DNA from: Amoebophrya sp. A120
Taxonomy: Eukaryota > Protista > Dinoflagellata
Assembly (NCBI GenBank): GCA_905178155.1
Contig: CAJINV010000042.1
Coordinates: forward strand, 21,485-68,974
DNA length: 47,490 bases
Reading direction: 5' to 3'
Shown piece by piece: positions 30,672-43,300 of the stretch. Both the position numbers and the translations under genes were made by a program. The notes below the pieces were generated by a model. The model was not told the DNA's origin. It made no database searches and saw nothing but the letters and a program-made list of their open reading frames with translations. Within the stretch, counting starts at the first letter, position 1, and each line of letters opens with the position of its first letter.

Positions 30672-32770
30672 ATGGGGTGGCCGTCCAGCTTAATCCTCTC
30701 TCGCAGGATTGTGGAGCGAGCAAGAGTGGAGCGAGCAGGACAAACAGAGGACCATGCGTCGACAAGCTTTCTGGCCTGCGTGGGTGACCTTCTCACGCCG
30801 TACTTTAACGCTACGCCGCTGAAGGACGTTGAAGTTTTCGGATTGCACGGCAAGTTCTTCGATTCCCAGGGGAAGTTTTTTGCTGATCTGTGCCAAACCG
30901 TTGCCATTTGGATAAATTGCGGAAATCCGCAAGACGAAGTTGTCATTTCTTCGCGTCCACATGGTAAAGCGATCACAACCGAGGTGCGCAGTCTCCATGC
31001 AAAAGGCGGGGCGCGCGCTCCTGAGCCGCCGCACGGAAGCAACGCGGCAAGTCTTCCCTGGAGCGACCTTGGTAACGCACCCATATATGCTATACAACTA
31101 TTACTGTCTCTCTAATATGCGTAGTTGCATTGCGTCTCATTGACAGGCGTCCACGACTTCCATTCTCCCGGCCTGTTCAGTTGTGTTGTTAATGTGGAAA
31201 TCAGAGTAGCTGTAGCTTCCATCTCGATCTCATCTCGGTGAATCAAATACAGTGCTTTGTATGTTTCATTTGCTGACGTCGGCTACAACATATGTTTTCG
31301 CAAGCGCAGTTTACCATTCACAAGTTCGGTACGCAAGCGCAGTTTACCATTCATATATGTTTTCGCAGACGCAGTTTACCATTCCATTACTTGCCAAAAA
31401 TCATAAACAAGGGGAATCTTTATACAGGTCGCGGCAAGAATCCTTGCTCGGGTTCATCTTCCGCAAACGTGCCAGAACGCCACGCCGAATCGGTGATTGA
31501 TCCGTGGCAGGACCTATCGTCGTTTGCAACACAAGAAGACTCGCACCAGATGCCCTCCTTCTGCTTCGACCCATCCATGGTACGAAACAAGATGAAAAGT
31601 AGCTGTTCGATTTGCGACATAATCAGTGACCTTGCCCATCATTGAAGTATCTCTGTGTGCAGGCTTATAAATGTTTGGCATTTTGGCTTGGATTTGATTG
31701 TAAACTTACTATATTGTTACAATATTTTTGTCACCGCCACTCAGGCCGGCTGCATCGAAGGCGCAACAGACGCAGCTGCGGACAAGTCTGTATTGGCATC
31801 CACAAGACCCGCGGTAAGCAGTACGAATCCCCCACCAGGAATTCCGGCACTTGAGTCTGAAGCACTTCGCATCCACAAACGCTCTGCTCCCGATTTTCAA
31901 TCTTCGACGAGTGGCCTATTGCAGAAGGAACTGCATGACCGGTCTCCCAATCCCAAGAGACAAAGAACGCAGAACCCCGGCGGCAGAATCATTGCCCGAA
32001 CGGAGTGCGGGAGTCTCGCGACGATCCGCAACGCTGTGGAGGTGGCCCATGGCAAGGCCAACAGCGGGGAGAGCTGGAACTTGCTCCAGAAGCTCATTGG
32101 GGGCGTCAAGGAGCTGCTCGACCGGGACCCGTTTGTGAAGCAGCTGTGGACGGTGCTCGGGAAGGCGCCGCGCAAGGCGACGCGTGCGGAGCTCGTCATG
32201 GCTGGCGTCGCCACAGAAGCGGCAGAACAAGAGCCAGACTTTGAACAGGCGCCGGCGGCGGCCGTCACCTTTGCCACCAAAAAGGCTGCTGCCGACCTGG
32301 CGGCAGCGCAATCCGCGACCGTGAAGATTCGGCCGGCGGACTTCAGCGCAACCCGCGGCACGGACCGCTTCGCTCCTGACAGGAAGCTGAAGACGCTTCT
32401 TGTGGCGACAGGTAAGCCCAAACCTGACGCGAACCAGGTGCAAGAGCTTGCGGGCAAAATTCGCAAGCACTTCAAGCGCAGTGCGGATGCCAGGGATCAA
32501 AACCCCCAGGACATGGATGCGCTGCTGCTGTGGCAGGCCGCTCCGTTGATGGAAGAAAGGTTGGCGGCAGGCGTCCCGAGCCCGACTGTCGCCATCCGCC
32601 GCGCCCAATACACTCGCATCATACAGCAGCTGAAGGGTCAAGTCCCAAAAATGACGCCGGCGAAGTGGAATACCGTCCAGGCCATCGCGCGTCAAGCAAG
32701 GAAATTTTTCCATGACAACCCGAAGCGCAAAACTGTGCGGGTTGATCTGCTGAAGGAGCAAGTGCAATAG
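30672..32770 (+). CDS. Hypothetical protein with ~45-aa repeats, predicted exons 30672-31071, 31428-31579, 31745-32770
   Basis: Three ORFs connect through phase-compatible GT-AG introns (phase 1, then phase 0). The last exon is long and GC-rich. The true start is uncertain. Confidence 0.65.
31291..31385. repeat. Three-copy ~33-bp minisatellite inside a predicted intron
   Basis: CGCAAGCGCAGTTTACCATTC at 31299 and 31332, with a variant at 31364. Confidence 0.9.
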
Positions 32771-34863
32771 CATTCTCAAAGCCCGGAAGCGCTAGCGGCG
32801 TATGTAGGTTTGAACTGCAAGGTCTCTAAAACGACGCGATTAGAAGAGGAATTTAGCAGTAACGTGAGCAGAACTTTTGAGTTGGGCAGGAAAATACCGA
32901 TGTAAGAAACCTGATTTTCAGCATCAGCACCTTTTTCATTGTTTTCTCTATTTTTGACTATCCTGATCACCAAGGTAGAATTTTCTAGCCCTTTAACCGG
33001 GGGCAGCGGCAATGGGACTAATCTCCCAAGGTTGCTCGCGGAGTCACAACTTCTTCTACCGTGAGAAATTCTTTTGCATTATGAACTTGAGAGCTCCCTT
33101 TTTCTTTTGCGTAGCTAGTAGATCCGGATAGCAGGTAGTGTCTTCACAAATTCCCAGCAATGTAGCGGAATTTTCCGATCTTTATGTTGATGTCAGTACA
33201 AAGCCGTGAAATTATTTCTTGGTCCGTGAATTTGAACTTCATCAGTTCCCTTCCGTATCAAAATCGTGATATACGTTTTTCCAATGTTGACGGAAACCAG
33301 ATAAGATTTCTCTTTTTCGTCGCCAGGAAAGACAGCTGATACAGGCGACTGTTCTCGCTTACAATTTCGTCACTACGAGCAGTGACCGAACCATATAGAC
33401 AAAGCGACGAGATCGAAAGTAACGTCAGAACGAGTTGAAATTGAGAGAGCCAAGGTTTGCGATATCTTTTTTTTTGTAGGTTCAAGAACTCCATGGTCAG
33501 GACAGACCGGCAGAAGACCCTGGCCGTGCTCGATTCTCTCTCAATTCCAATGTTGCCCTCGATGTCGTTCTGTCATTTTTTCGCCTTGTGTCGGATTCGA
33601 GAGTACGAGAGAGATATTCTTTTTTCGCTCTGCATTTTTTTTGCATCGCAGTTGCGTGTTGAACTCCTCGCACACAGAAAGAATAGAGCGACTTTGGTTG
33701 GCCCAATGAGCGGATGAGAGTGCCCTGCTTCGAGTCTGATAAGGTCAACTCTGGCTTTTTACTGGCTCACTTTTTTGCTCTAGGTGCACCAGGCGATTGC
33801 AATTTCAATTTGGCATCTGTATCGCTACTCGCGGACGTTGATTTTCGTTAGAGATGATCGCTCCCAACCTCGTTCATTTTGGCTCGACCCATCTACGTTG
33901 TACCCATCAGGAGGAGAACCCCATCAAGCCTTGCAGTTAGGAAATCGATATCACAAGAAAGAAATGTAATTTCCTTCGTGTTCAGTCAGGGACAGCACAA
34001 GTGCCATTGAGCTGCTCGTATTAGAAGAAAAAAATTCTTCTCGAAAGTAGGTTTCCAGTGCATCAAGTAAAATGCCTCCTCTGACAGTGGTTGAGGAAAC
34101 GGAACGTGACACGTCACACGATGGGAAGAGGCGGGAAACTCACATCAACGCCAATGAGTCACCCTCATTTGTCGGCAGTGATCTCGCAGGCGACGCCCCC
34201 TGGGCAGGTACAGATTTACCCAGTTGGTTAGACGTGCTTGGTGACTGTTGTGGATGGGCCTACTGCATTTTTTGCATTACGACTAATTGACTCCAGTGTG
34301 TACTTTCTACTACACGGCGTAAGCCCCACCACAACTTCATTTGTCGTGATCTTTTGCTTGTTGCGGCGACCTACACTTTCTACTTGAATTCGGCGGGACC
34401 ACTTCCTACATCTTTGTGACGATTCGGTCTTTAGCAGGTTGAGCATCTTGATAATTTGATGACATTTCGTCACGGCCTGAGGTTCCCATGAGAGTCGATT
34501 CAATTTACACTTTTCAGGGATCGCATCTCATGGCGAAAAGTCAGTTCCAGCCTTGGAGCTAGGAGGGATCGGAGCGCATGCTTTTGCTTGTGTTGAGGTA
34601 CGCTACTTTTCTTACAGCTCCAGCCGGGTTTATACTACAACAATGGGCCTGTTCTGTGTTTTTCTTGGTGGTTGTTCGTCCCCACAGAACGACGAACTCG
34701 ATGTGATCACTTGTGACGAAGGTCCACGTAATTAACTTCATACATCCGCAGTTATTTTTCCTCTGGGCTACAACGACAGCGCCAGCTGTAATCGTGTGAA
34801 CAAAGTAGGATGCTGGGACACAAAATGAATCGGATGAAAAATTGAAACTGTTTATTTCCACAG

Positions 34864-37800
34864 GGATTGCTGCTGAAGCACTCTACCGCCACCGCAACAG
34901 AAGCAAGCAGTGGGTCGGGAAAGCAGGTGACAGGTGGAGCAGGCGCTCGTGCGCAACACGAAAAAAGAGTGCTGAAAGAAGAACGTAATGGAAACCCGCT
35001 AAGAGAAAGTGGAAACAGCGAGGGAATGAAGCGTAGTAGTAGCTCGTCTTCCTCGAGCTCCTCGTCTTTCCAGGGGGCTTCGTTTGATTTTTCATCGCAG
35101 TCTTCGTTAAACAATTCGAGCTCCCGCGTTCGCCTGGCCGGGGCTTCTCACTCCCACTCGCGCTCCGGGAACGTGAGAAGCAATGGCCACTCGCACTCTG
35201 GCACCGCGAACCAGTCGCTGTTAGGAGTATACCCGAACTATAAGCGACAGCGCTGTGGTAGCTCCAATACATCAATCGGAAGTATTTTTCTTTCGGACAA
35301 CGTTGACACGGCCGTAGCGGTACAAGAAGAAAACAAGATGGACGCGAACCATGTGTTGAACGCGAACGACAGCGAGTTAGCAGTACACAACACCGGCGCG
35401 GAAGACGACTTTGCATCGGCCGGGACGCGGGCGGAATCGGCATCGGCATTGCCGGATAAGGTAGGTGCTTTTCAGGAAAGCTGCACCTTAGGCACCAGAA
35501 ATTCACAGGCCTCGTTCTCGCGCAACATGAACCACGAATTTGCTTATGCTAAGGAGCGATCCAAGCGCTCTACCGTCACCGCAGCAGAAGCAAGCAGTGG
35601 GTCGGGAAATCAACAAACCTCTCCCTCCGCTCGCTCTCTACGACCAGATACAAGGCGGGCGTCGACCTTCTCCGCTGCTGGGTCGCTTGGACGTCGGAGC
35701 AACAAGAAGCGGAGACTAAACACCGCAAAGGCGGCAGCGGCAACCTCGCCGCAATTTCTGAAGCGCGCCAGGGGCGTGATAGGACCGGCCTGCTCGTCTT
35801 CCTCGGGTGGAGAAGACTGGGACTGGCCTGCAGCTGGCACAGAAACTGAAGCCGCTAAGAGTTCAGCAGCTCGTGATGAAGAAGACGCCTCGCCGTTGAT
35901 TCCAGTACCGTGCGCAAAGCGAAAAGCAGTCTGGCAGACGGCCATCCATACGGAGACCCGGAGTCGGCTAACGTTGCAAGAAACAAACTACCAACGAGGG
36001 CTACACCAGGTACATCAGTGGGTTGTGTCGTAAGTATCTAACCTCCGAGATTCGCATTTTTTTCGAAGCACGCCTACCTTGGTCCACTTTTATTGAAAAA
36101 TAATATGCTTTTTGACTACCTCGTGGTATGAAATATTTGAATTTTCAAAAAAGTATATACGTGGGTGGACTCAGTAAGCGCACGCAGCGAGCTATGCTTT
36201 TCCATGTCAAGCATATTTTTTTGTTCGAGACGCTTTGATGCTCTACATTTCAATGACGATGACGGAACTGCTCTTCTGCAACATAACTCTAAGATTCACT
36301 ACAGGTGCTGATGAATGACACCACGAGACGAGGGAACCAAGGCTCATCATCATCGACAAGTTCGCCCGTGCACATCAGTCCGCGAAAAACGAACACCGAC
36401 GACCAAGTAGATGAAGCTTCAGCAAATCCTCCTATTTCAAGCAAAACCAAAAAGAGGAAAGTGGACATCGGCGACAGGTCGCCGAAGCTGGGTCCCGACG
36501 TCAACACTGCAAAGCAGGAATCCTCGTCGCATGACCTTCACGCTAACGATGAGCAGGAGCATCTTGCAGGAAAAAACTGGATCTTCCCCGGCCGCCGGAA
36601 CCACATGCTCGAGACGCCAGCGCAGAAGGCAGACTACGAAGCGGCAGAAGAGGCGTACCGCAAAAGCGACACCGAAGGCGACGTGGTTGCGCGGTACGGG
36701 TTTAATTTAGCGCTCCGCTGTGCCGCGCACCCGTCCGCGATTGCGGAGACAAGAGCTGGCAAAGTCGCGATACCGAAGGATCTGGAAATTCGAATTCCGG
36801 TGACCTATCTCGAACAGAAGCTCATCTCCTCGACGCAGTTGGAAACCATTACGCTCGCTGTGCTCCGAACAGACGAAAAGTTCGCGATCTCCGAGCAGAC
36901 GAAAGATTCCCAGCTGCTGGCAACAAACGCTGGCCATTCGAACCCTAAACCAGCAACGGCTGCCGACCCGATGCTGGACAAGGGCGGCTACCCCTACCCG
37001 AAGGGTTTCCTTCTCGGGGAAGGGACAGGATGCGGCAAGGGAAGAATGGTTACCGGCGTTATGCTACACCACTGGAACAGCGGCAACCGACGAAGTATTT
37101 GGTGTAGCAAGAAGAAAGAGCTGCTGAAGGATGCGCAGCGAGACTTCGCAGACATGCAGGTCCCGCGTGAAATGCAGCTGCTGGACACCAGGACGTTCGC
37201 CACACAGCAAAGCAGCGGAGATGCCGGCGACGGCGTTGTCTTCTGTTCGTACAGGTGGTTGGCGAACGACGACAACAGGAAGCTCCTCGCCACATGGTTC
37301 AACGAGCCACCTGCCGCGGAGAAGGGCGAAGACGCAGTCCCCACGAACGCGGGACAAAAGAAGTATTTCGGCAGCGGAGTGCTGGCGTTCGACGAGTGCC
37401 ACGCTGCGAAGAACCAGCTTCGCGTCAAGTACCTCCCTAACGGCGACATTTGTAAAAAAGCTAGTGAAAGCTGCGGCGTTGCAGTCGTAGAGATGCAAAT
37501 GAGCTTGCTCAAGGAAGCCAGAGTCCTCTACGTCAGTGCCACAGCAGCGGCGGAGTTGTCGGAACTTGCTTATTATTCTGCGCAAAAGTATGAGCGTCGC
37601 ACTCATGCTGATTTGAATGCTGCATGAACTTGGCAAACTCAATTCTTCTGCTACCAGTAAGAGTAACTAGCACTAGTGCGATCATGCTTTGTTTTGCAAT
37701 GCATACGTGCATGGCCCGTCTCGGCGCATGGGAGAAAGTCGGTTTTGACCACCTCCGCAGAACCTTCGCCATGCGGGATGCGAGTCCCTTGGGAGGGATG

Positions 37801-40300
37801 GCCGCACTCGGCTGGCAGTTGCGCACTTCCGGTGCCGCAGTAAGTCGGCGACTCAGCCTCGAAGGCGTACAGTTCGACATCGGGTGCGGCGGCGACCTCC
37901 ACGTTGCCACGGCCGGCGAGGGCAACGGGCTGCTTGACGCCACGTTGCATGACAAAGTCGTGGCGCTTTTTCACGACACCAGTACATTCTTCCACAGCCT
38001 TTTGGAAAACCACGGCCGAGAGTACGTGAAAGCCGCGGAGGCGGCAAACCCTGGCCGAAGCGGCGGTGTGGCGAATTTCCGAGGCATATTCACCGCGGCG
38101 CGGCAGAAGTTCTGGAAGCAGTTTGCGGCCTGCGACAAGCTTCCCGCTGCGTTGGGACTCGCACGAAGGCTGCTGGCGGAGGGCAAGCAGGTCGTCCTCG
38201 CATTGCAGTCGACAGGAGAGGCCGCGATGACGGACCGAGACGACACAGATGGCGACGACGCCGGCGATGATGTGCCCGGAGGCAATGCCGACGACGTTGA
38301 CCAATCCTGCAGCGGTCGATTTTCGTTGTGTGAAAGCATCGCGGTCAACTTCCTGAAAACCTATTGCTTCGACTCGTTCGACGCAAACCAAGCCGGCCCA
38401 GAACAACGCCGACTGCTTTCCGCAACCAGCAGGAGAAAACGCGACGAACTCATCGCTCGGTGGAAGGGCTTGAAGCTGCCTGAGAATGCGCTTGACCACA
38501 TCCTGAACTCGCTTGGGGGACCGGAAAAGGTCGCAGAGATCTCAGGCCGGAGCCGGAGGCTCCTCTTGAAGAGCGAGGGCGAAGCTTCCGGTGATAAACC
38601 CTCACGCTACGAAAGCGCCACCCGACCAGTGGATGCGAGTCTAAAGGAGATAGAAGCGTTCCAAGCGGGCCAAAAACGTGTAGCGATTATTACCGCTGCT
38701 GGATCGACGGGCGTGTCGCTGCACGCCCACAAAGCTGACTCGCGGGCACGGCACATGATTATTCTGGAGCTTCCCTGGTCTTCCATGGAGTTCACCCAGC
38801 AAATCGGCCGAGTGCACAGGTCGGGCCAGGCGCACCTGCCTGCGTACACGCTGATCACGTCCAGTTTTTCTGCGGTGGAAGCTCGGTTTGTGTGCGCCCT
38901 GGCGCGGCGCATCAAACTGCTGGGCGCCTTCACTCGGGGGCGAGCTGAGCATGGAAATGCCGCCCTGGACGCGCTGCTCGACGAGAGCCACTTCTCACAT
39001 GGAAAAGCAGACGACGCGGTCAAGCAGCTTGTACTGGAATTCGGCGCTCGTCCTCAGTGGCGCGATCTAGCAGAACAGTGCGAGCCGAAGTACAATAGGA
39101 AGGCGCATGAGGCGTGCGGAACTAGGGTGACGCAGTTTTTGAACTGCTTGCCGCAGTACCCCAAAGAGGAACAAGAAAAGCTGTTCGACCGATTCCTGGA
39201 GATGCTGGGACATCAGAAGGGCAACGACAATTTTGGAGGGCACAACAGCGAGCACACGGGTGGTTCCGGTAGTCATGACATCAAAGACCTCAAATTCCCA
39301 GCGCTCGCGCGGAAAAGTAGCCGCCGGATTGTGGAGCGCCGTGACCGCTCACAACCGCCGGTCACTGGAAAGGGGCGAGTGGTCCGGTTCGAGCGTTTGC
39401 TTCGGGTGCCCCAGGTGGCGCCGCACAGCTACTTTGTCGACGTTGATGTCGAGGAGGAGGAAATGGCCTTGCCGCGGTCGTCCTCGTCGTCATCTTCCTC
39501 CAGCGCGCTCCTGCCGGTATGAATTGCAAAAGTTTCGCACTACAGGTACCAATTGCATTTGTAGAAACCTTCCCGAGAGGAAATCAAGCGCACTTTCTCA
39601 TGCTGGATGAGGTAGAGAGCTGGATTTGTGATGCATGACTGCAATTCGTGCGACTGCGAATGCGAGGCTTTTGCACAGGATATTCGCCGGCTTTGTTCGA
39701 GGACCGAAAATCTGACCTGAAGGAGTTGTCGGAGGCGGACCAGGAAGAATATGCATTGCAAAAGTACCGCACTGATAGTATGCGGTAAATACAGATCTAT
39801 TTCTCAGGACCAAAATGTTGACGACTGGAATTTGTCATGATCAATTACGTAGGAAGGCACAGATTTCACAGGTTTCGCATGGAAAATATGATCGCAGTTG
39901 CTACGAGAGCGGTACTTTTTCATACGATAGAGAAAGGATCTATTGGTCATCTTCGAAAAATTTTAACAACACTATCGGAACCCGAAGGCAGCTGACCGCG
40001 ACTTTGCTCTGTGGCTCGTTCCTGCCTTTCTTCGCGGACATCTACCAGAAAATCCTCGAGAAGCTGCCTCCGGGCAAATCAGTGCAGCTGCGAAGGTTCC
40101 GCGAAGCGCCGAACAACAGCTGGCAGTACGGGATTCTCTTGCCGGCGTCTTTGGGCGCCGACAAGATCGAAAAAATCATGGCCGGCGCAGCGGAGCGCCC
40201 TCAAAAGATTCTGGAGGAGAAGGTCGAGGGCACTCGTATCAAATGCAAGTATGTCGAGGTCTGGAAGAGTGCAAATGTTTGTGATGCTGTTTTTACTTGA
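34864..40300 (+). CDS. SBNO: Strawberry notch (SBNO)-like SF2 helicase/ATPase, multi-exon (34864-36009, 36305-37572, 37710-39516, further exons to ~40300; first exon probably upstream near 34072)
   Basis: Family motifs are GFLLGEGTGCGKGR (cf. GDGAGVGKGR), FDECHAAKN, VLYVSATAA, AY|MARLGAW, VSRRLSLEGV, QSTGEA, LGGPEKVAEISGR, AGSTGVSLHA, LELPWS, QQIGRVHRSGQ, and C-terminal LLCGSFLP...GILLP. GT-AG intron 36010-36304 is phase-compatible. The 3' exon structure is not fully resolved. Confidence 0.85.
37573..37709 (+). mobile_element. 137-bp introner-like non-canonical intron in the SBNO-like gene
   Basis: Removal restores the family motif ELAY-MARLGAW and fixes the frame change between the two long ORFs. 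No GT-AG occurs at the junction, and the ends are imperfectly self-complementary. Confidence 0.7.
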
Positions 40301-43300
40301 CCCTTGAGGTCTGGCATGCAAGCGCTAGCATCACACACGTTTTCACAAGGCCTGCCAATGCCTAGTCCGTGGCACTAAATGTCCTCTTTCGGCAACAAGA
40401 AACGCAAGGCTCCTCCTGTTCAAGCATGCAAGCATGACAGATTTTCGTATGAACTCCAATGCGCATCACAAGTTTGCTTGTCTCCAGACCCAGACACATT
40501 TGCAATGCATAACCCGTGCAGCGAAGCGACTGCTGGAGTCCGGCGTTGTCGAGGCAATTCACGTATCCACTGCAAGTATGTCTGCGTCTGGTAAAGTTGA
40601 GCTTGTGTTGCGTCCCGCCAGTCTCCCAAAAATCTGTCTTGGATAAGTTGTTTTTTTCATGCTAAGTAGAGATTTCTCATTCTCATGAAGGATAAGCATC
40701 CTAAAGGTTGTGCATAACCTGTGATGCCTACAGGCCCGTCATTCAAGACTTTGTGAGGCCTGGGCCTGCAAAAGCTGCATGACAAACTTCAGAATCTCTC
40801 CAGCTCCAGACATATTTACATCTCATATAACGCGGAGCTTGACCTGATTGGCGACAAGAAATGTGGAATTTTCTTCAAGGGAGACTCCGTGGTAATAGCG
40901 CGTGACGTATCAAATGCAAATAGCATGTCTGGCTCGGCAAGAAAACCGATATATTGTCTTGCTGTTGGTGCATCTCCAAAATGGTTTGGAATGTACACAC
41001 AGCAGGACAAATTCTGCTGTGCATGAGAAATGCCCCCTCAACATAATCCACGAGCACAACAGATCGCCTCACAAGTGGGCATGTTCTTTCCAGATCCAGA
41101 CATTTTTGCATTCCATATGACGGCTCAAAGTGGACCATAGCGCGGGGGTCAGTGCCGGGTCGGTGGGAAGAAAAGGTGGAGATTGAAGAGCGCGGTGAAT
41201 CCACGTCCCAACCCAAGAAGAGGTCATGCCCTCCCATGGATTTGAAGCTAGACGCTTCCAACCGCGACGAGGAGAACACAGCAGCGGAAGAGGGTGGAGC
41301 GGGCGGCAAGCAGCCGAAGATGCGGGGACGCGGCGCCGGCGCCATCTGCAGCTCTCTCAACATGCGCTTGCTGCGGACCACGAAAGCGTTTTTCCACTTC
41401 CAAGAAGATCTCCCTAGCAGTTATCTCAGCGAAATTGTATCATGTTGAGTTAGACCTAGAAGTAGAACCGTCAGTTGCAGTGTCATGCTACAACCTTGAG
41501 GCTTTCATGCTAGCCTACTAGTCGTACATGATAAGCTCGAGATGTAGAAACACGTGCAGCATTTCATTTGTGGCGCTCGCATGTCGTATTCGCATACACA
41601 CGCCAATGTGTCATCTCTCGATCTAGCGTGCGGACGCGAGGAGAAACTTAGCTTTACTCAAAATTTTGGATTTTGCTGGCATAATTGGGCACCATCGTGG
41701 AACATCAAGATCTGGCGAAGGATCGTCGACGTCGATCCATATTGGAAGCTATCGACTTGCAAATGCCAACATCTACATACGACCAAAGTAGTTCTTGGTG
41801 CCTGTGATAGATTCTTGCCGGCTTCATAACTTGCATGACTCACCATTAGCGGAGGGCGAGGGGCGTTAGACCTGAAATTTCTACTGCACAGTAGCGCTCG
41901 TGTCGGTTTTTTGCAACCCTTCATACAAAAGGAAAGATGCTAGAAATGTTGTTGAGCGCAACCCGTTCATGCAACTGAAGGCAGCAGGAGGAGGAGTACT
42001 ACATAGCTAACAAGTGAATTTAGTAGGTACTATCGCGATCCCGCTGTTGTAGGTAAGTATGGGTTACAGCATAATCAAAGTCGTGGTTTTGGGAAGATGT
42101 AAAGTACCTAAATGGAAATAAACTTCCTAGATAATCTATTCAGATCATACTCATTCTGATGCAGAACTACAGCGGTGTCTGATTGTCGAAAAAAGTGTTT
42201 GCAAGAGGATGCTGTTCGGAATTACGGGGCAGCAGCGAGGACGTGATTCAAAATATCAGAGCGGCGTACAAAATATGCACTGCAAATAGGGGCCTGGAAA
42301 AGCGGAACCTGTATTGCTTGCGCTGCATGCGGTTGCGGCCTGTGAAAACTGTAACGCACGACTTCTTTCTACTTCATGCAAAAAAGGCAGGCTCTCATGT
42401 CGCTGCGAATGACAAGGCGTGTCAAAAATTTATCATGCTTGGCTGCACTTGAACGCACGCTCAATCATTGCGATCCAGCTCCACAAGTTCCCAGACCCAC
42501 ACGTATTTGTACTGAATACAAAACCGTCGTGAAAAATTGGGACGCGTTGTGGGCCAAAGACGCGGGAGAGGAAGATACCTGAAAAGAGTGGATGATGCTT
42601 GGTGGTGATTTGTTCAATGCTGATTCAGATTTTTCATTTCCTCGAAAACATTTTTTCTTCACCTTTTTAGAGTTGCACCTTCCTCCTTCCAGCTTTTGTT
42701 TTCTTAAAAGTACAAGAGAAGGAGGCTTGTTGGGTTTTTCATACCGATCTGACACTGAACTGATCTTCATGTCCTATATTTTTCCGCTATGATTGCTTTT
42801 TGAGCTTTTATGTATCTGTTCCAAAGTGAAAATGTACTTTACATTTACAAAGTGACAGTACCCGAATCAATTAGTCGGAGCACGCAATTGGGTTTCTCGC
42901 CCGATGTCCGACGTATGGTACCACTGAAGTGTGATCCGGACGCAGGGACCTGCACCGGTATCCTTCCAGTATCTGCGTCAGGCTGCTTCGTCGCGATGAG
43001 TGACATAAAGCGCATCCACGGATAGCAGGATCATGACTCTTGTCGTGCTTGTACGGGTCTATATTTGCTTGGGCAGTACAAAACGAGACATGCTCTTTTC
43101 TATGTGTTGTCTTTGGCTAAAGACGACCTTTCTCTCTGTTGTCTTTGGGTAAAGACGTCTTTTTATTTCGTCTTATCGCGATGGGTTCTTCGACGTTTCA
43201 GAAGACAGATTTAACCCGTTGAAAGCTAGTGTAGAACCCAAAGCTAGCGTAGACACATTTGGCTCGTTGAAAATAGATCCAACAGCCGCAGTATTGAATT

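Noticed and set aside
31291-31385. CRISPR-like array
   Set aside because: Only three units with ~11-bp intervening segments, no cas genes, and a eukaryotic intron context; it is a minisatellite.
40379-43025. Short + strand ORFs (40379-40594, 41152-41448, 42183-42582) as a possible multi-exon gene
   Set aside because: Some look coding-like, but I could not build a consistent exon chain or recognise a domain, so they are left uncalled.
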